Below are positions 51,578 to 61,673 of a stretch of DNA of 64,000 nucleotides, piece after piece. A program made the position numbers and the translations under genes. How positions within the stretch are numbered: the stretch's first letter is position 1; every line of letters begins with the position of its first letter. Under the pieces are notes generated by a model. The model did not search any database, was not told where the DNA came from, and was given only the letters and a program-made list of their open reading frames with translations. The stretch is taken from the sequence record MH243438.1, one strand, 5' to 3'. This DNA is from Escherichia phage vB_EcoM_NBG1.

Positions 51578-54500
51578 ATGGCTACATTAAAACAGATACA
51601 ATTTAAAAGAAGCAAAGTAGCAGGAGTTAATCCTACTGCAGCACAATTAGCCGAAGGCGAATTAGCGATAAACTTAAAAGATCGAACTCTTTTTACCAAA
51701 GATGACCTCGGTAATATTATTAGCCTAGGCTTTGCTAAGGGCGGGGATATTAACGGTAATGTAACTCATGTAGGTAACTATACTCAGACAGGTACATTTA
51801 ATTTAATAGGCTCACAAAATGTTGCATCTGGTGGATATATCGAATTTGCTTATAAGGCCACCGGAGTTGGTTCTTGGGCTGGTCAACACACGGCAAAAGC
51901 CCCTATTTTCATGGATATTTCCGCATCAACCGCTACTTCAGAATATAACCCGTTAATTAAGCAACGTTATAAAGATGGTACTTTCTCATTAGGGACCTTA
52001 GTTAATGAAGGCTCAATGAAGATGCATTATATTGATGAAACAGGCACTTCGAAATATTGGACCTTTAACCGTAATGGTAATTTTCAAGTTGATTCCGGAA
52101 ATTTATTAGTAGCTAATGGATATTTAGTTACTCAAAGTAATATTGAAACTAAAGCTGGTTCTTTAATTGGTCCTAAAGTTATTACCAAAAATATCAATGT
52201 GAGCACTAAATCTTGGGACACTAATATTGATACTGCATATGATTTAGTTTCATTACCGACTTGGCAGTATACTCCAACCGAAACGGATTTGGATACTAAT
52301 GGTATAAACTACCTTCGTAAATTCCGCGGACATGTTTCTTCTGCTATTTTCCATGAAATTGCTGATGCTCGTTCAGGTAAACCACAGAATATTTCATATT
52401 GGACTGGACGCAATGCTGAAGTTTATCAATGGTCTTATACCACCGACGGGCGTATGTCTGTTGCTAATTCGATAGGTGTAGGTCTTGCCGATGTCGGCTC
52501 CCAAGGGCGTTATCCTTTGGCAACATTTGGTAAAGGTATTGCAATTGGTGATAATGACACTGGTGTTAAATGGGTTCGTGACGGTGTTATTGATTTGGTT
52601 GCTAATGGCATTTCGGCGGGTACAATAAACAGCAATGGTATTAACAGTACTAAAAAATTGATGGTTGGTTATAGCCGTGATTCCGGAACTACATGGGATT
52701 ACCCAAATAACAACCAAGCAATGTTTACTGCGCGTACCGATGTTGATGGTAATAATAATGGTGATGGTCAAACTCATATCGGTTATAGCAGTAATTCTAA
52801 AATGTATCACTATTTCCGTGGCACGGGTCGTATGTCCATTAGTATGGGTGATGGGCTTCTTGTTGAGCCTGGCATTTTAGATATTAAAACCGGTTCAAAT
52901 TCGTTAAATTTGCGTGCTGATGGTACCATCGCTTCTGTTCAAACATTAAAACTTAATAATGGATTATATTTTAATGGTGATGGAACTAATGCTTCTCTAG
53001 TTTTTAAAGCAGCTTCAGGTATTGATGGCACTAAGCAAATTTTGTGGGAAGGCGGTACTCGTGCTGGTCAGAATAAAAGCTATGTAACTGTTAAAGCATG
53101 GGGTAATTCATTTAACGCATCTGGCGATCGTAATCGTGAAACGGTTTTTGAAGTATCAGATGGGCAAGGATATTATTTTTATTCACAGCGTGTGGCTCCA
53201 AGTGGCTCTGAAACTACTGGGCCTGTTGTAACGCAGTTCAATGGACAAGTTAATGCTAGAGGAAGTATTATTACTGACGGAAGTTTTAAAGTTAATGGAT
53301 TAAGCACTTTAAATGGTGCAGTTACCATGAGCAATGGACTTAATTTAACAGGCGGTTCTTCTATCACAGGTCAAGTTAAAATTGGTGGAACAGCCGATGC
53401 ATTAAGAATTTGGGATGCTGAATATGGTGCTATTTTCCGTCGTTCTGAAGATAAATTTTATATAATTCCGACCCCAAAGGACGCTGGCGGAACTGGTGGT
53501 ATTTCCAACCTTCGTCCATTTACCATGACTCTTAGTACTGGTAAAATGGAATTTAAACATGATGTTGGACTTGGTGATAACGGCTCCGGCGGAAGCATAT
53601 TATTTGTAGATAACACTAACAAAGCCACTACTAATAATGGTCGTTTATACGTTAATATGTCAAGTGATGCTATAGTGCTTAATGCTCCTACACAAGAAAC
53701 ATCTAACTTTATCCAAGGACGCAAAGCTAACGTCACTAAATGGTATGTTGGTATTGGCGACAGCGGTGATTCTGTTCGTATGCATAGTTATGCATATTCC
53801 CACGGCTTGGTATTAAGTGCTAACTCCGTTGATATTACTAAACCTCTTAAAGTCGGAAATGCTCAATTCGGTACTGATGGTAATATCACCGGTGGTTCTG
53901 GTAATTTTGCTAACTTGAATACCACAATAAATAACCTTAAGACAGATATTGTCTCAAGTTATCCTATTGGTGCTCCGATTCCTTGGCCTACTGATACACC
54001 TCCTGAAGGTTATGCCATAATGGAAGGTCAAACTTTTGATGTTGGCTTGTATCCTAAGTTAGCGGCGGTGTATCCTTCCGGCGCTCTGCCTGATATGCGT
54101 GGTCAAACTATCAAGGGTAAACCGAGTGGTCGTGCAGTGTTGAGTGCAGAAGCTGATGGTGTTAAGTCACATAGCCATAGTGCAAGTGCATCAAGCACAG
54201 ATTTGGGTACTAAGACCACTTCTAGTTTTGATTACGGTACTAAAACATCTTCAAGCTTTGATTATGGTACTAAGACCAGTAATACCACTGGCAACCATAA
54301 CCATACAGTGAGTGGTAATACTGGTTCCGCTGGTGCGCACCAACACGCACGTTCAGGCCCTCAGATACAAGGCGGCGTACCCACTAGCATATTCTATGAT
54401 GGATACAATAGTGCGGGACCAAACTTCAACGCTAAAATCACTGGATCCGTGAGCGGTGCTACTGCATCGTCGAATATGGCCAAAACTTCTTCAGATGGTG

Positions 54501-54715
54501 CCCACACTCATAGTTGGTCAGGAACTACAAGTACCACAGGTAACCATGCCCACACCGTTGGTATTGGTGCCCATACACATACTGTAGGTATTGGTGCCCA
54601 CTCTCATTCGGTAGCGATTGGTTCTCATGGCCATACTATCACTGTAAATAGTACAGGTAATACAGAAAACACGGTTAAAAACATTGCTTTTAACTATATC
54701 GTTCGTTTAGCATAA
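51578..54715 (+). CDS. 37: Long tail fibre distal subunit gp37 (receptor-binding)
   Basis: 1045 aa; conserved N-terminus; C-terminal region has His-x-His repeats (HSHS, HNHT, HTHS, HAHT, HTHT, HSHS, HGHT) as in the T4 gp37 tip. Confidence 0.95.
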   Translation: MATLKQIQFKRSKVAGVNPTAAQLAEGELAINLKDRTLFTKDDLGNIISLGFAKGGDINGNVTHVGNYTQTGTFNLIGSQNVASGGYIEFAYKATGVGSWAGQHTAKAPIFMDISASTATSEYNPLIKQRYKDGTFSLGTLVNEGSMKMHYIDETGTSKYWTFNRNGNFQVDSGNLLVANGYLVTQSNIETKAGSLIGPKVITKNINVSTKSWDTNIDTAYDLVSLPTWQYTPTETDLDTNGINYLRKFRGHVSSAIFHEIADARSGKPQNISYWTGRNAEVYQWSYTTDGRMSVANSIGVGLADVGSQGRYPLATFGKGIAIGDNDTGVKWVRDGVIDLVANGISAGTINSNGINSTKKLMVGYSRDSGTTWDYPNNNQAMFTARTDVDGNNNGDGQTHIGYSSNSKMYHYFRGTGRMSISMGDGLLVEPGILDIKTGSNSLNLRADGTIASVQTLKLNNGLYFNGDGTNASLVFKAASGIDGTKQILWEGGTRAGQNKSYVTVKAWGNSFNASGDRNRETVFEVSDGQGYYFYSQRVAPSGSETTGPVVTQFNGQVNARGSIITDGSFKVNGLSTLNGAVTMSNGLNLTGGSSITGQVKIGGTADALRIWDAEYGAIFRRSEDKFYIIPTPKDAGGTGGISNLRPFTMTLSTGKMEFKHDVGLGDNGSGGSILFVDNTNKATTNNGRLYVNMSSDAIVLNAPTQETSNFIQGRKANVTKWYVGIGDSGDSVRMHSYAYSHGLVLSANSVDITKPLKVGNAQFGTDGNITGGSGNFANLNTTINNLKTDIVSSYPIGAPIPWPTDTPPEGYAIMEGQTFDVGLYPKLAAVYPSGALPDMRGQTIKGKPSGRAVLSAEADGVKSHSHSASASSTDLGTKTTSSFDYGTKTSSSFDYGTKTSNTTGNHNHTVSGNTGSAGAHQHARSGPQIQGGVPTSIFYDGYNSAGPNFNAKITGSVSGATASSNMAKTSSDGAHTHSWSGTTSTTGNHAHTVGIGAHTHTVGIGAHSHSVAIGSHGHTITVNSTGNTENTVKNIAFNYIVRLA

Positions 54716-54717
54716 GG

Positions 54718-54742
54718 AGAAGGGACTTCGGTCCCTTTTTAT
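54718..54742 (+). terminator. Terminator after gene 37
   Basis: GAAGGGAC-TTCG-GTCCCTT followed by a T-run. Confidence 0.75.
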
Positions 54743-54745
54743 AAT

Positions 54746-55297
54746 ATGAAACTCTATCATTATTATTTTGACACTAAAGAATTTTACAAAGAAGAAAATT
54801 ATAAACCATTAAAAGGCGTAGGATTTCCGGCTCATTCGACACCAAAAAAACCTTTAGACCCTAAAGAAGGCTATGCTGTTGTATTTGATGAACGCGAACA
54901 AGAATGGGTATATGTTGAAGACCATCGTGGAAAAACAGTATGGACTTATGATAAGCAAAAAATTGTTATTGACACTCCAGGTGCTCTTCAAAATGTTACT
55001 ACAGAAGAACCTGGTGAATTTGACATTTGGACCGACGACGGGTGGAAGGAAGATGAAGCATATAAACGTGTAGTTCAACGTGATAAGAAAATTCATGAAC
55101 TCTATAAATTATTCAGTGTTTTAAGTTCTCTTATTGACGCAGATGTTGCTAATAGAGAAGAAAAACGAAAATTTAAAGAGCTCAAAAAATTCTTTGCCCT
55201 TTTAGAAAAACATGAACATCTTGGCGGCGAATTCCCTAAATTCCCTGACCTTGAAAACAAATCTATTATCAAAGCGATTATAAATATCTTTAAGTAA
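54746..55297 (+). CDS. 38: Tail fibre assembly chaperone gp38 (T4 type)
   Basis: 183 aa; MKLYHYYFDTKEFYKEENYKPLKG... and FALLEKHEHLGGEFP match T4 gp38. Confidence 0.92.
   Translation: MKLYHYYFDTKEFYKEENYKPLKGVGFPAHSTPKKPLDPKEGYAVVFDEREQEWVYVEDHRGKTVWTYDKQKIVIDTPGALQNVTTEEPGEFDIWTDDGWKEDEAYKRVVQRDKKIHELYKLFSVLSSLIDADVANREEKRKFKELKKFFALLEKHEHLGGEFPKFPDLENKSIIKAIINIFK
55279..55286 (+). promoter_or_regulatory. T4-type late promoter upstream of holin t
   Basis: TATAAATA 21 nt upstream of the t ATG, inside the 3' end of gene 38. Confidence 0.65.
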
Positions 55298-55306
55298 GGA
55301 GGTATT

Positions 55307-55966
55307 ATGGCAACACCAAAAGTATCATTTTCGCCTAGTGATATTCTATTTGGGTTGCTAGATCGTATTTTCAAAGATAACGCTACTGGAAAGGTTTTAA
55401 TGTCCCGAGTAGCGGTAATTATTCTTTTGTTCCTAATGGCACTAATATGGTACAAAGGAAGTATTTTGCTGGATTATTATGTAAGAGCTAAGTATGATAC
55501 TTATACTGAAATAATCCAAAAAGAACGAGCTTTACGTTTTGAATCTGCGGCTCTAGAACAACTGCAAATAGTTCATATCTCATCTGGTGCAGATTTTAGT
55601 GCTGTGTATTCTTTCAGACCTAAAAACTTAAATTATTTCGTCGACCTTATAGCTTATGAAGGCAAACTACCTAGCACAATTTCTGAAAAGTCCCTTGGCG
55701 GATTCCCAGTGGATAAAACGGCTAATGAATATATAATTCATTTAAGTGGCCGTCATTTCTCGTCTAAATCAGAATTTGCATTTTTGCCTACAAAATCTAA
55801 GACTGCCGAACTTTCTTATATGTATAGTTGTCCATACTTTAATTTGGATAACATCTATGCTGGAACTGTGACGATGTATTGGTATAAGGGGAATAATATA
55901 CTTGAGGAAGATCGCTTAGCGGCTATATGCAACCAAGCGGTCCGAATACTAGGAAGGGCTAAATAA
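55307..55966 (+). CDS. t: Holin T
   Basis: 219 aa; SFSPSDILFGLLDRIFKDNATGKVL... and C-terminus ILGRAK match T4 T holin; late promoter 55279-55286. Confidence 0.96.
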   Translation: MATPKVSFSPSDILFGLLDRIFKDNATGKVLMSRVAVIILLFLMALIWYKGSILLDYYVRAKYDTYTEIIQKERALRFESAALEQLQIVHISSGADFSAVYSFRPKNLNYFVDLIAYEGKLPSTISEKSLGGFPVDKTANEYIIHLSGRHFSSKSEFAFLPTKSKTAELSYMYSCPYFNLDNIYAGTVTMYWYKGNNILEEDRLAAICNQAVRILGRAK

Positions 55967-56239
55967 TTAGTTGTTAGAATACATCGCTAAATGACGATAA
56001 ATATTTTCAAAACCTTCATTGAATTCACTAATCAGTGTTTTCTTTTCTTCGGCAGTTAAATTTGTAATTAGTTTTCTAAAAGAATTCTGATTTAGCTGCC
56101 GACCATCTTTTTTAATTCCAATCTCATTCAAGAATCCGATGAAACTTGCTCGGTCTTCAACAATATCTTCCCTAGAGAATTTAATCAAAATAGAAGCAAT
56201 AGTAATAATTTCACGTACGATTTCAATGTCTTTATTCAT
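55967..56239 (-). CDS. asiA: Anti-sigma-70 protein AsiA
   Basis: 90 aa; VREIITIASILIKFSREDIVEDRASFIGFLNEIG...NQNSFRK matches remembered T4 AsiA; early promoter at 56271-56304. Confidence 0.95.
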   Translation of the reverse strand: MNKDIEIVREIITIASILIKFSREDIVEDRASFIGFLNEIGIKKDGRQLNQNSFRKLITNLTAEEKKTLISEFNEGFENIYRHLAMYSNN

Positions 56240-56270
56240 AACGTTTTATTCATTCCACTTAATTGATAGG

Positions 56271-56304
56271 AGTATAGTACCATTATCAGTGTTGATTGTA
56301 AACG
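56271..56304 (-). promoter_or_regulatory. T4-type early promoter upstream of asiA
   Basis: GTTTAC -35 and GGTACTATACTC -10 on the - strand. Confidence 0.6.
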
Positions 56305-56447
56305 GCTTTTTCTACGCTTTTAACGTAATTAGTGTAGTCTTCCTGTTCATACGAGTGTAAGACCAAGAATTGAACTAATAGTTCATTATAGACTAAAGCC
56401 TCACGCTCACGTTCGGCCTCTACTACGTTCTGAAGATTATGACTCAT
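56286..56447 (-). CDS. Hypothetical small protein
   Basis: 53 aa from ATG 56447, downstream of the arn-like gene. Confidence 0.4.
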   Translation of the reverse strand: MSHNLQNVVEAEREREALVYNELLVQFLVLHSYEQEDYTNYVKSVEKAVYNQH

Positions 56448-56736
56448 ATCGTTCCTTATAACTATCAATATAGTCCTGTATGTCGAAAAACGACATTTCA
56501 TATTCTATGACGTTAAGAGCCCGTTCTTCAGTATAGTCAGAACCAAAGACGATAGTGATTTCGCCAGGCTTCATGTGATTGAAATCGACACTAAAAGGAA
56601 TACGAGAACATACTTCGTCTGCCATATCTACGATAACACTACGACACACTTCTCGGTTAACCTGATAAAGCTCTGCAAGTTCTTCACATCGAATAACAAG
56701 TTCAGTGGCAGGATTTTCTTTGATTTTAGTAAGCAT
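56437..56736 (-). CDS. Acidic protein, possibly Arn-like anti-restriction (McrBC inhibitor)
   Basis: 99 aa from ATG 56736; acidic composition and position between asiA and motA as for T4 arn. Identity not verified. Confidence 0.45.
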   Translation of the reverse strand: MLTKIKENPATELVIRCEELAELYQVNREVCRSVIVDMADEVCSRIPFSVDFNHMKPGEITIVFGSDYTEERALNVIEYEMSFFDIQDYIDSYKERYES

Positions 56737-56819
56737 AGTCTTTACCCTTATGTTTTTGTTTGCGTTTAGATTGAAGTTCTGATTTCTTTTTGTCTTTATG
56801 GACGGAAGCCTTATTGAAA

Positions 56820-57038
56820 TCATGTTTTGCTACAAGATTGTTCATAATGATTTATAACCTCGTTTAAACATTTGTCTGTGAAAGAAAACTTTTTAGCCAC
56901 AGAACATTCGATAATGTGCTCTTTCAAATCTTTAGAGTCAGTATAACCCATCTCAGTAATAAAGTGGCGAATTAAAGCTTTATTCTTATCATTAACAGAA
57001 TTAAAATAATCTGCTTTAGAATCAATTATTCTCATCAT
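56820..57038 (-). CDS. Hypothetical protein
   Basis: 72 aa ORF. Confidence 0.45.
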   Translation of the reverse strand: MMRIIDSKADYFNSVNDKNKALIRHFITEMGYTDSKDLKEHIIECSVAKKFSFTDKCLNEVINHYEQSCSKT

Positions 57039-57303
57039 CTAATTTCCTTAATTGATATTGCAACGAGCCAATAATTTCTTCGTTCATTTTAATATACATG
57101 TCACGCAAGAAAGGTTTTAACCCATCACGAATAATTGCTAACGTATCACCTTTACATAAATTAACCAAATAAGGATGGTCTAAAGCATCCCAACCAGGCT
57201 GATTAGCATACATACCATAATTTTCTTCCATCATAGCATTCAGGCGTTTGATATGATTAATGTGGGCTTCAATAGCATCAATCTGGAGTTGTTTAAGATT
57301 CAT
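57022..57303 (-). CDS. Hypothetical protein
   Basis: 93 aa ORF. Confidence 0.45.
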   Translation of the reverse strand: MNLKQLQIDAIEAHINHIKRLNAMMEENYGMYANQPGWDALDHPYLVNLCKGDTLAIIRDGLKPFLRDMYIKMNEEIIGSLQYQLRKLDDENN

Positions 57304-57764
57304 TAGTAAAGGTCCTCAGAGTAAAGTTCTTTTTCATTACCACCACGTTCAATACGTACTTGTCCAGCGTAAGTTGCAATAATCATTGCTTCTTCACGTG
57401 TCCAATAATTACTATATTGGTCAATAAACCCTTGGTCATCATCACAAACTTGTTGAGTAACTAATTGAGGTTTAACTACATCTAAAACTTCTGCCATATC
57501 TTTAGAATAATGACGAGCACCTGGAATAATAAGAGTTCGTCCATCTTTTAATTTAAAACGGTTGGCTGCGCAGACAATTCGTCGTTGATACTTTTGGTTT
57601 TCATCCCAATACAGAGTCTGCCAACAGATTTCAGGAACTTCATCTAAAACATTTTGTTCTGTATATTCACCACCGTAAGAAGCTAATTTAGCAGCCAGAC
57701 TTTCCGGAGTCTCACGCGACAAAGCTTTATCTAACAGAGCTAAACGTTCTTTAAAAGTTTTCAT
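57303..57764 (-). CDS. Hypothetical protein
   Basis: 153 aa ORF, coupled to neighbours. Confidence 0.5.
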   Translation of the reverse strand: MKTFKERLALLDKALSRETPESLAAKLASYGGEYTEQNVLDEVPEICWQTLYWDENQKYQRRIVCAANRFKLKDGRTLIIPGARHYSKDMAEVLDVVKPQLVTQQVCDDDQGFIDQYSNYWTREEAMIIATYAGQVRIERGGNEKELYSEDLY

Positions 57765-58105
57765 TTAAACCATCCTTTAATACGTTGCCAAATAGATTTT
57801 TGTGCTTGTTTATTAACACCAATTGAACGAATAACCGGTTGTGACTGCTGATATTCTTTATAATCTTCTTTATAGATTTCGTAAGCTGCATCAACAAATG
57901 AACTGATCGCTGCCATAAAGTTTTTACGTATACCACCAGGAGCTACTCCATTAGGGAATTCGGAATTTTCTCGAATAATTAAATATAACCCAGCTCTAAC
58001 TTTAACGATAGTTCCAAGATAAGCCCCGTGGTACCAAATATCCCATCCTTCCTGAGTAGGTTCTGCACATTTACGAAGTTCGTTAATAATATTCAGCTTA
58101 TTCAT
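57761..58105 (-). CDS. Hypothetical protein
   Basis: 114 aa ORF immediately downstream of motA. Confidence 0.5.
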   Translation of the reverse strand: MNKLNIINELRKCAEPTQEGWDIWYHGAYLGTIVKVRAGLYLIIRENSEFPNGVAPGGIRKNFMAAISSFVDAAYEIYKEDYKEYQQSQPVIRSIGVNKQAQKSIWQRIKGWFK

Positions 58106-58115
58106 TATGTATTCC

Positions 58116-58748
58116 TCACAGTACGTTAGTTACAAGGGTAATGATTTCTTTGGACACATTAGGGAAGTCAATGTAGGTATATTTACCACCGATCTTAATC
58201 TTAACATCATTTTCAAGAGAAGTAAACAGCTTTGATTCAGTTTCTGACATATTGTATGCAAAGATTCTAAGAGCGCCATCTCGACGAATTTCGATCTGAC
58301 GAATACCTAGAACTCGTTTTGCAAATCGAACTTCTAAGTTACTACGGTTTTCACCAATTTCTTTAACTTCAACTTTATCTTTAATATTTTCAAAAACAAA
58401 GTTTGCTAATTCATGCATTTCAGGAGTAACTCCACGTGCTTTTCTGGTGTTACGTTTCTGAAGAAGTTCTGGAGCATTTTCTTGGGCAAAGAGGTCTGCA
58501 GCTTTTTGGATAATATCCATTGCTTCGCCTGTTGCTATAAGTCCATCACCGGATTTTTCGACTAAACCTTTCTTAATCAATACACCAATGTTAGAGTTAA
58601 CAACTGATGCGTTGTATTCTGCTTCCAGAGCTTCACGGACATTGGCAGCAGTGGTGAAGTTGTTCTTAATGATATAAACCATTATTGCAGCAGTTTTTTC
58701 ATTCAGAACGTTTTCAGAAGCTTTGATGATGTAAGTAACTTTAGACAT
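58116..58748 (-). CDS. motA: Middle-promoter transcription activator MotA
   Basis: 210 aa; MSKVTYIIKAS..NVLNEKTA...VVNSNIGVLIKKGLVEKSGDGLI matches remembered T4 MotA; early promoter 58782-58815. Confidence 0.95.
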   Translation of the reverse strand: MSKVTYIIKASENVLNEKTAAIMVYIIKNNFTTAANVREALEAEYNASVVNSNIGVLIKKGLVEKSGDGLIATGEAMDIIQKAADLFAQENAPELLQKRNTRKARGVTPEMHELANFVFENIKDKVEVKEIGENRSNLEVRFAKRVLGIRQIEIRRDGALRIFAYNMSETESKLFTSLENDVKIKIGGKYTYIDFPNVSKEIITLVTNVL

Positions 58749-58781
58749 TTTATTTCTCCAAATTAGTACTTGTTTTGATAG

Positions 58782-58815
58782 GTCTATAATATCATGTTTG
58801 AAGCAAAAGTAAACT
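58782..58815 (-). promoter_or_regulatory. T4-type early promoter upstream of motA
   Basis: GTTTAC -35, 17 nt spacer, GATATTATAGAC -10. Confidence 0.65.
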
Positions 58816-58852
58816 TTATTTTGGGCTCTTTTTCCAAAAGCCCTGGTAAAAT

Positions 58853-59068
58853 TTACAAACTCATTTCTTTAATAAGGCCAATAAGTTTTGCCTTTTTAGA
58901 ACGAAGCTTTTCTAAACGATGACCATTTGAACCGCGAACCACCAAAGAATTGATTTCAACTTCTAAGAAATTTAATTCTTCAACAAGTGCTTTACGGGGA
59001 GCATTCATACCAGGTTTAACTTTACCGAAACGAGTAGTTGTGTTTTGGGTTAATTTCATTTTAGACAT
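58853..59068 (-). CDS. Hypothetical small basic protein
   Basis: 71 aa; has its own early promoter; 5' leader and first codons nearly identical to motA (see findings). Confidence 0.55.
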   Translation of the reverse strand: MSKMKLTQNTTTRFGKVKPGMNAPRKALVEELNFLEVEINSLVVRGSNGHRLEKLRSKKAKLIGLIKEMSL

Positions 59069-59103
59069 TTTATTTCTCCAATTTGGTTGTTTTGTTTTGA
59101 TAG

Positions 59104-59137
59104 GTCTATAATATCATGTTTGAAGCACGTGTAAACT
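59104..59137 (-). promoter_or_regulatory. T4-type early promoter (duplicate of the motA promoter module)
   Basis: Near-identical copy of the 58782-58815 module, upstream of the 71 aa ORF. Confidence 0.65.
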
Positions 59138-59255
59138 GTTTTGTGAGGAAAAAATGCACAAAAGGGAGCTTCGGCTCCCTAATCATGTTTGTCCAACCAA
59201 TACAGCCAAATCACTAGTGCAGCTATTGCACCGAGAAATCCTAAGGCTAGGGCAC

Positions 59256-60581
59256 TCAAAGTGCCTCCAAGTCTTTAGTGTACTCTGTCACAACATCAGT
59301 AGACTTCCAATACTCATTTTCTTCTTTCTTAGCTTTAGCTTCTTCTGCTAGTTTACGTGCTTCATCGGAAGTGATATGGAAGATGTTAAGACCTACCAGT
59401 TTATCGACATGTTCTTTATACATTTCGATTTGTGCTAGCTCTTCAGTCAAAGCTTTACGAGTCTTGCCCTGAATCACAATTTCACCGTTGATAACTTTTT
59501 TGATGAAGTGCGCCTTAGCAAAAGCAAGTTTAAATGCTTTTTCAGATTCAAGGATTTTGTTGTCAATACGTTTCTGAACGTAAGTCTTACGGACTTCAAC
59601 AAAATCTTTGATTAAGTCCACTACGTTATCGTAGACAGCTAATTTACCCTTTTCATTAATCACTGTGATGTTTTGTGAACGACGTTCGATGAGACTAAAA
59701 TCTTTCATGATTTTTTCATGACGTAGCTCTTCATCACCAGGAAGCGAGTACTCTTTACGGAACTTCACCTTAAACCCAAAGCCGTGTTCACCACAATCAT
59801 CTTCCCATGAGATTAGACCTTTGTCTTCCAATGGGTCAAGAACCTTACTCACGTACGTTTCACGGTCGAATTTATATGGGATTTCAGTTATCTGCATTTG
59901 AGTGCGAGATGTGAACTTATATGTTCCGTGAATCTCATAACGCCCATCAACTTCATGTACTTCACCACGGAATTCCGGGAATTCAACTTTTGGCTTAGTG
60001 ACATTTTTACCTTGAAGAGCTTGTAATACAGCCTTTTTTACCGATTTAAAACTATGAGGCAGAATATTTGTTGCGTAACCGGTTGCAATACCAGAGACAC
60101 CATTCAAAAGAACTGTCGGAATAATAGGAAGATAGAATTTTGGTGGAACGTGTTCTTTATCTTCATGAGCTGGAGCATATTCAGTATCTTTATATACGTT
60201 ATAGAAATTTTTACTTACACGAGCAAAAATATAACGAGATGCTGCAGCTTTTTGGACTGTTCTAGAACCAAAGTTGCCTTGGCCATCTAACAGTGGATAG
60301 TTGTTGTTCCATGTGTTAGCCATTAATGCACCTGCATCTTGTGCAGAAGATTCACCATGGTGATAACCTAAATCTGCAACACCGCCTGCAATTGACGCAA
60401 GTTTATGAAATTTTTCTTTATTACCACGAGCCAAATCTAACGCACGATGAACCACAAAACGTTGAACCGGCTTAAATCCATCAATCATGTTTGGGATTGC
60501 ACGGTTTTCAACGGTGTACATCGCATATGCTAAGGCTTCGTTATCAATAATACTTTTTAGATTACGAGAATTCAATTGCAT
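59256..60581 (-). CDS. 52: DNA topoisomerase II medium subunit gp52
   Basis: 441 aa; MQLNSRNLKSIIDNEALAYAMYTVENRAIPNMIDGFKPVQRF... matches remembered T4 gp52. Confidence 0.96.
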   Translation of the reverse strand: MQLNSRNLKSIIDNEALAYAMYTVENRAIPNMIDGFKPVQRFVVHRALDLARGNKEKFHKLASIAGGVADLGYHHGESSAQDAGALMANTWNNNYPLLDGQGNFGSRTVQKAAASRYIFARVSKNFYNVYKDTEYAPAHEDKEHVPPKFYLPIIPTVLLNGVSGIATGYATNILPHSFKSVKKAVLQALQGKNVTKPKVEFPEFRGEVHEVDGRYEIHGTYKFTSRTQMQITEIPYKFDRETYVSKVLDPLEDKGLISWEDDCGEHGFGFKVKFRKEYSLPGDEELRHEKIMKDFSLIERRSQNITVINEKGKLAVYDNVVDLIKDFVEVRKTYVQKRIDNKILESEKAFKLAFAKAHFIKKVINGEIVIQGKTRKALTEELAQIEMYKEHVDKLVGLNIFHITSDEARKLAEEAKAKKEENEYWKSTDVVTEYTKDLEAL

Positions 60582-60585
60582 ATTT

Positions 60586-60726
60586 TCACCATATTAATGA
60601 ACGAATAACCATTATAACATCTGAAATGAAAAGCACTACTTGGATTAGTCCAAACATCACACCATAGTACAGAACCGTAAGCAACAACAAGAGCCCGAAG
60701 GCTCCTGCTAAGATTTTCTTAATCAT
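60586..60726 (-). CDS. Small hydrophobic membrane protein (not in ORF track)
   Basis: Hand-translated 46 aa (MIKKILAGAFGLLLLLTVLYYGVMFGLIQVVLFISDVIMVIRSLIW); start overlaps the stop of the upstream small ORF (TAATG). Confidence 0.4.
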   Translation of the reverse strand: MIKKILAGAFGLLLLLTVLYYGVMFGLIQVVLFISDVIMVIRSLIW

Positions 60727-60872
60727 TACTCGCCTTTTAACACGTTAAGAAGAGCTAAGACCGCTAAGGTACCTTGTGATACGGCCTGTTGAAATACTGT
60801 TGTTTCGCCTGTAACTAAAGTGTTAACGAATAAAAACGACCAACACAGCAATGCAATAATCCATGCTACCAT
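60726..60872 (-). CDS. Small hydrophobic membrane protein (not in ORF track)
   Basis: Hand-translated 48 aa (MVAWIIALLCWSFLFVNTLVTGETTVFQQAVSQGTLAVLALLNVLKGE); lies between ndd and gene 52. Confidence 0.4.
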   Translation of the reverse strand: MVAWIIALLCWSFLFVNTLVTGETTVFQQAVSQGTLAVLALLNVLKGE

Positions 60873-60924
60873 TTTAATTACCTCAAAAATAAATTAAAGG
60901 CCTAACTTAATAGGCCTGTATAAA

Positions 60925-61371
60925 TTAGTAACTCTGCAGAATGAATTTGAAATTATCAGCCAGAAGACGGTTCATTTCAGTGAGTGTTTGATATTCTGAT
61001 GTATGGTTGCGAGTGAATGCCAGAGCCAATTGACCTTTACCATAACCAGTGGTCAATGGTTTCATGTTCTTAGCTGCAACAAAGATTACATCATATTCAA
61101 TATTGTTAGTGCCCATGGTACGAGCCAGTTGCGAACGGCCTTGACGAATGTGAGAAAGAATTGCATCCAACCCTTGTTTAGAACGTTGACGTCCTACAAA
61201 GAATCGTGCTGCTACTTGTCGCCAATCGGATGAACCTTTAACAAAGAAGTAAAAACCTTCACGAGAACGAAACTCTTTAGAAACTTCAGAACCGTATTCG
61301 CCATTACGAACTACTGCAACAACTTCACCGCCAACTGCCAGAAGGTCTTTACGAGTTAAATATTTGGACAT
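60925..61371 (-). CDS. ndd: Nucleoid disruption protein Ndd
   Basis: 148 aa; [29 protein letters not shown] and C-terminus [45 protein letters not shown] match remembered T4 Ndd. Confidence 0.93.
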   Translation of the reverse strand: MSKYLTRKDLLAVGGEVVAVVRNGEYGSEVSKEFRSREGFYFFVKGSSDWRQVAARFFVGRQRSKQGLDAILSHIRQGRSQLARTMGTNNIEYDVIFVAAKNMKPLTTGYGKGQLALAFTRNHTSEYQTLTEMNRLLADNFKFILQSY

Positions 61372-61413
61372 GCTAATTTCCTCAATTGATTAATGTTTTT
61401 GTAATCCATGAGA

Positions 61414-61446
61414 GCATTATACTCTGCTCTCAAGAGTTTGTACAAT
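61414..61446 (-). promoter_or_regulatory. Early-promoter-like element upstream of ndd (diverged -35)
   Basis: -10 region GAGTATAATG as in the 33154 and 26045 elements, but -35 reads TTGTAC instead of GTTTAC. Confidence 0.4.
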
Positions 61447-61447
61447 T

Positions 61448-61648
61448 TTATTCGGCCATATCAGAACGTTCAAAAAGCTCTTCAACAGTTAAACATTCAG
61501 TGCCATCTTCAATAAAGAATCGAGTCCAACACGTTGGGGCGATACAGTTATGAGTTTGTCCGGCGATAGAAGCTACACGAATAAGCTGCTGACCATTATT
61601 CAGGACAAATTTTTCACCAATTTCAACATCTTTAAAAAGCTTAGCCAT
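61448..61648 (-). CDS. Hypothetical protein
   Basis: 66 aa; early promoter 61674-61706. Confidence 0.5.
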   Translation of the reverse strand: MAKLFKDVEIGEKFVLNNGQQLIRVASIAGQTHNCIAPTCWTRFFIEDGTECLTVEELFERSDMAE

Positions 61649-61673
61649 TTTGTGTTCCTCATGTTTCAGTAGG

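Noticed and set aside
58853-59068. 71 aa protein considered as a ribosomal protein L29-like mimic
   Set aside because: Resemblance is only compositional (basic, helical); no motif-level match.
60685-60712. Hairpin GAGCCCGAAGGCTC resembling a terminator
   Set aside because: Lies inside the small membrane-protein ORF (encodes GAFGLL) and has no flanking T-run; probably coding.
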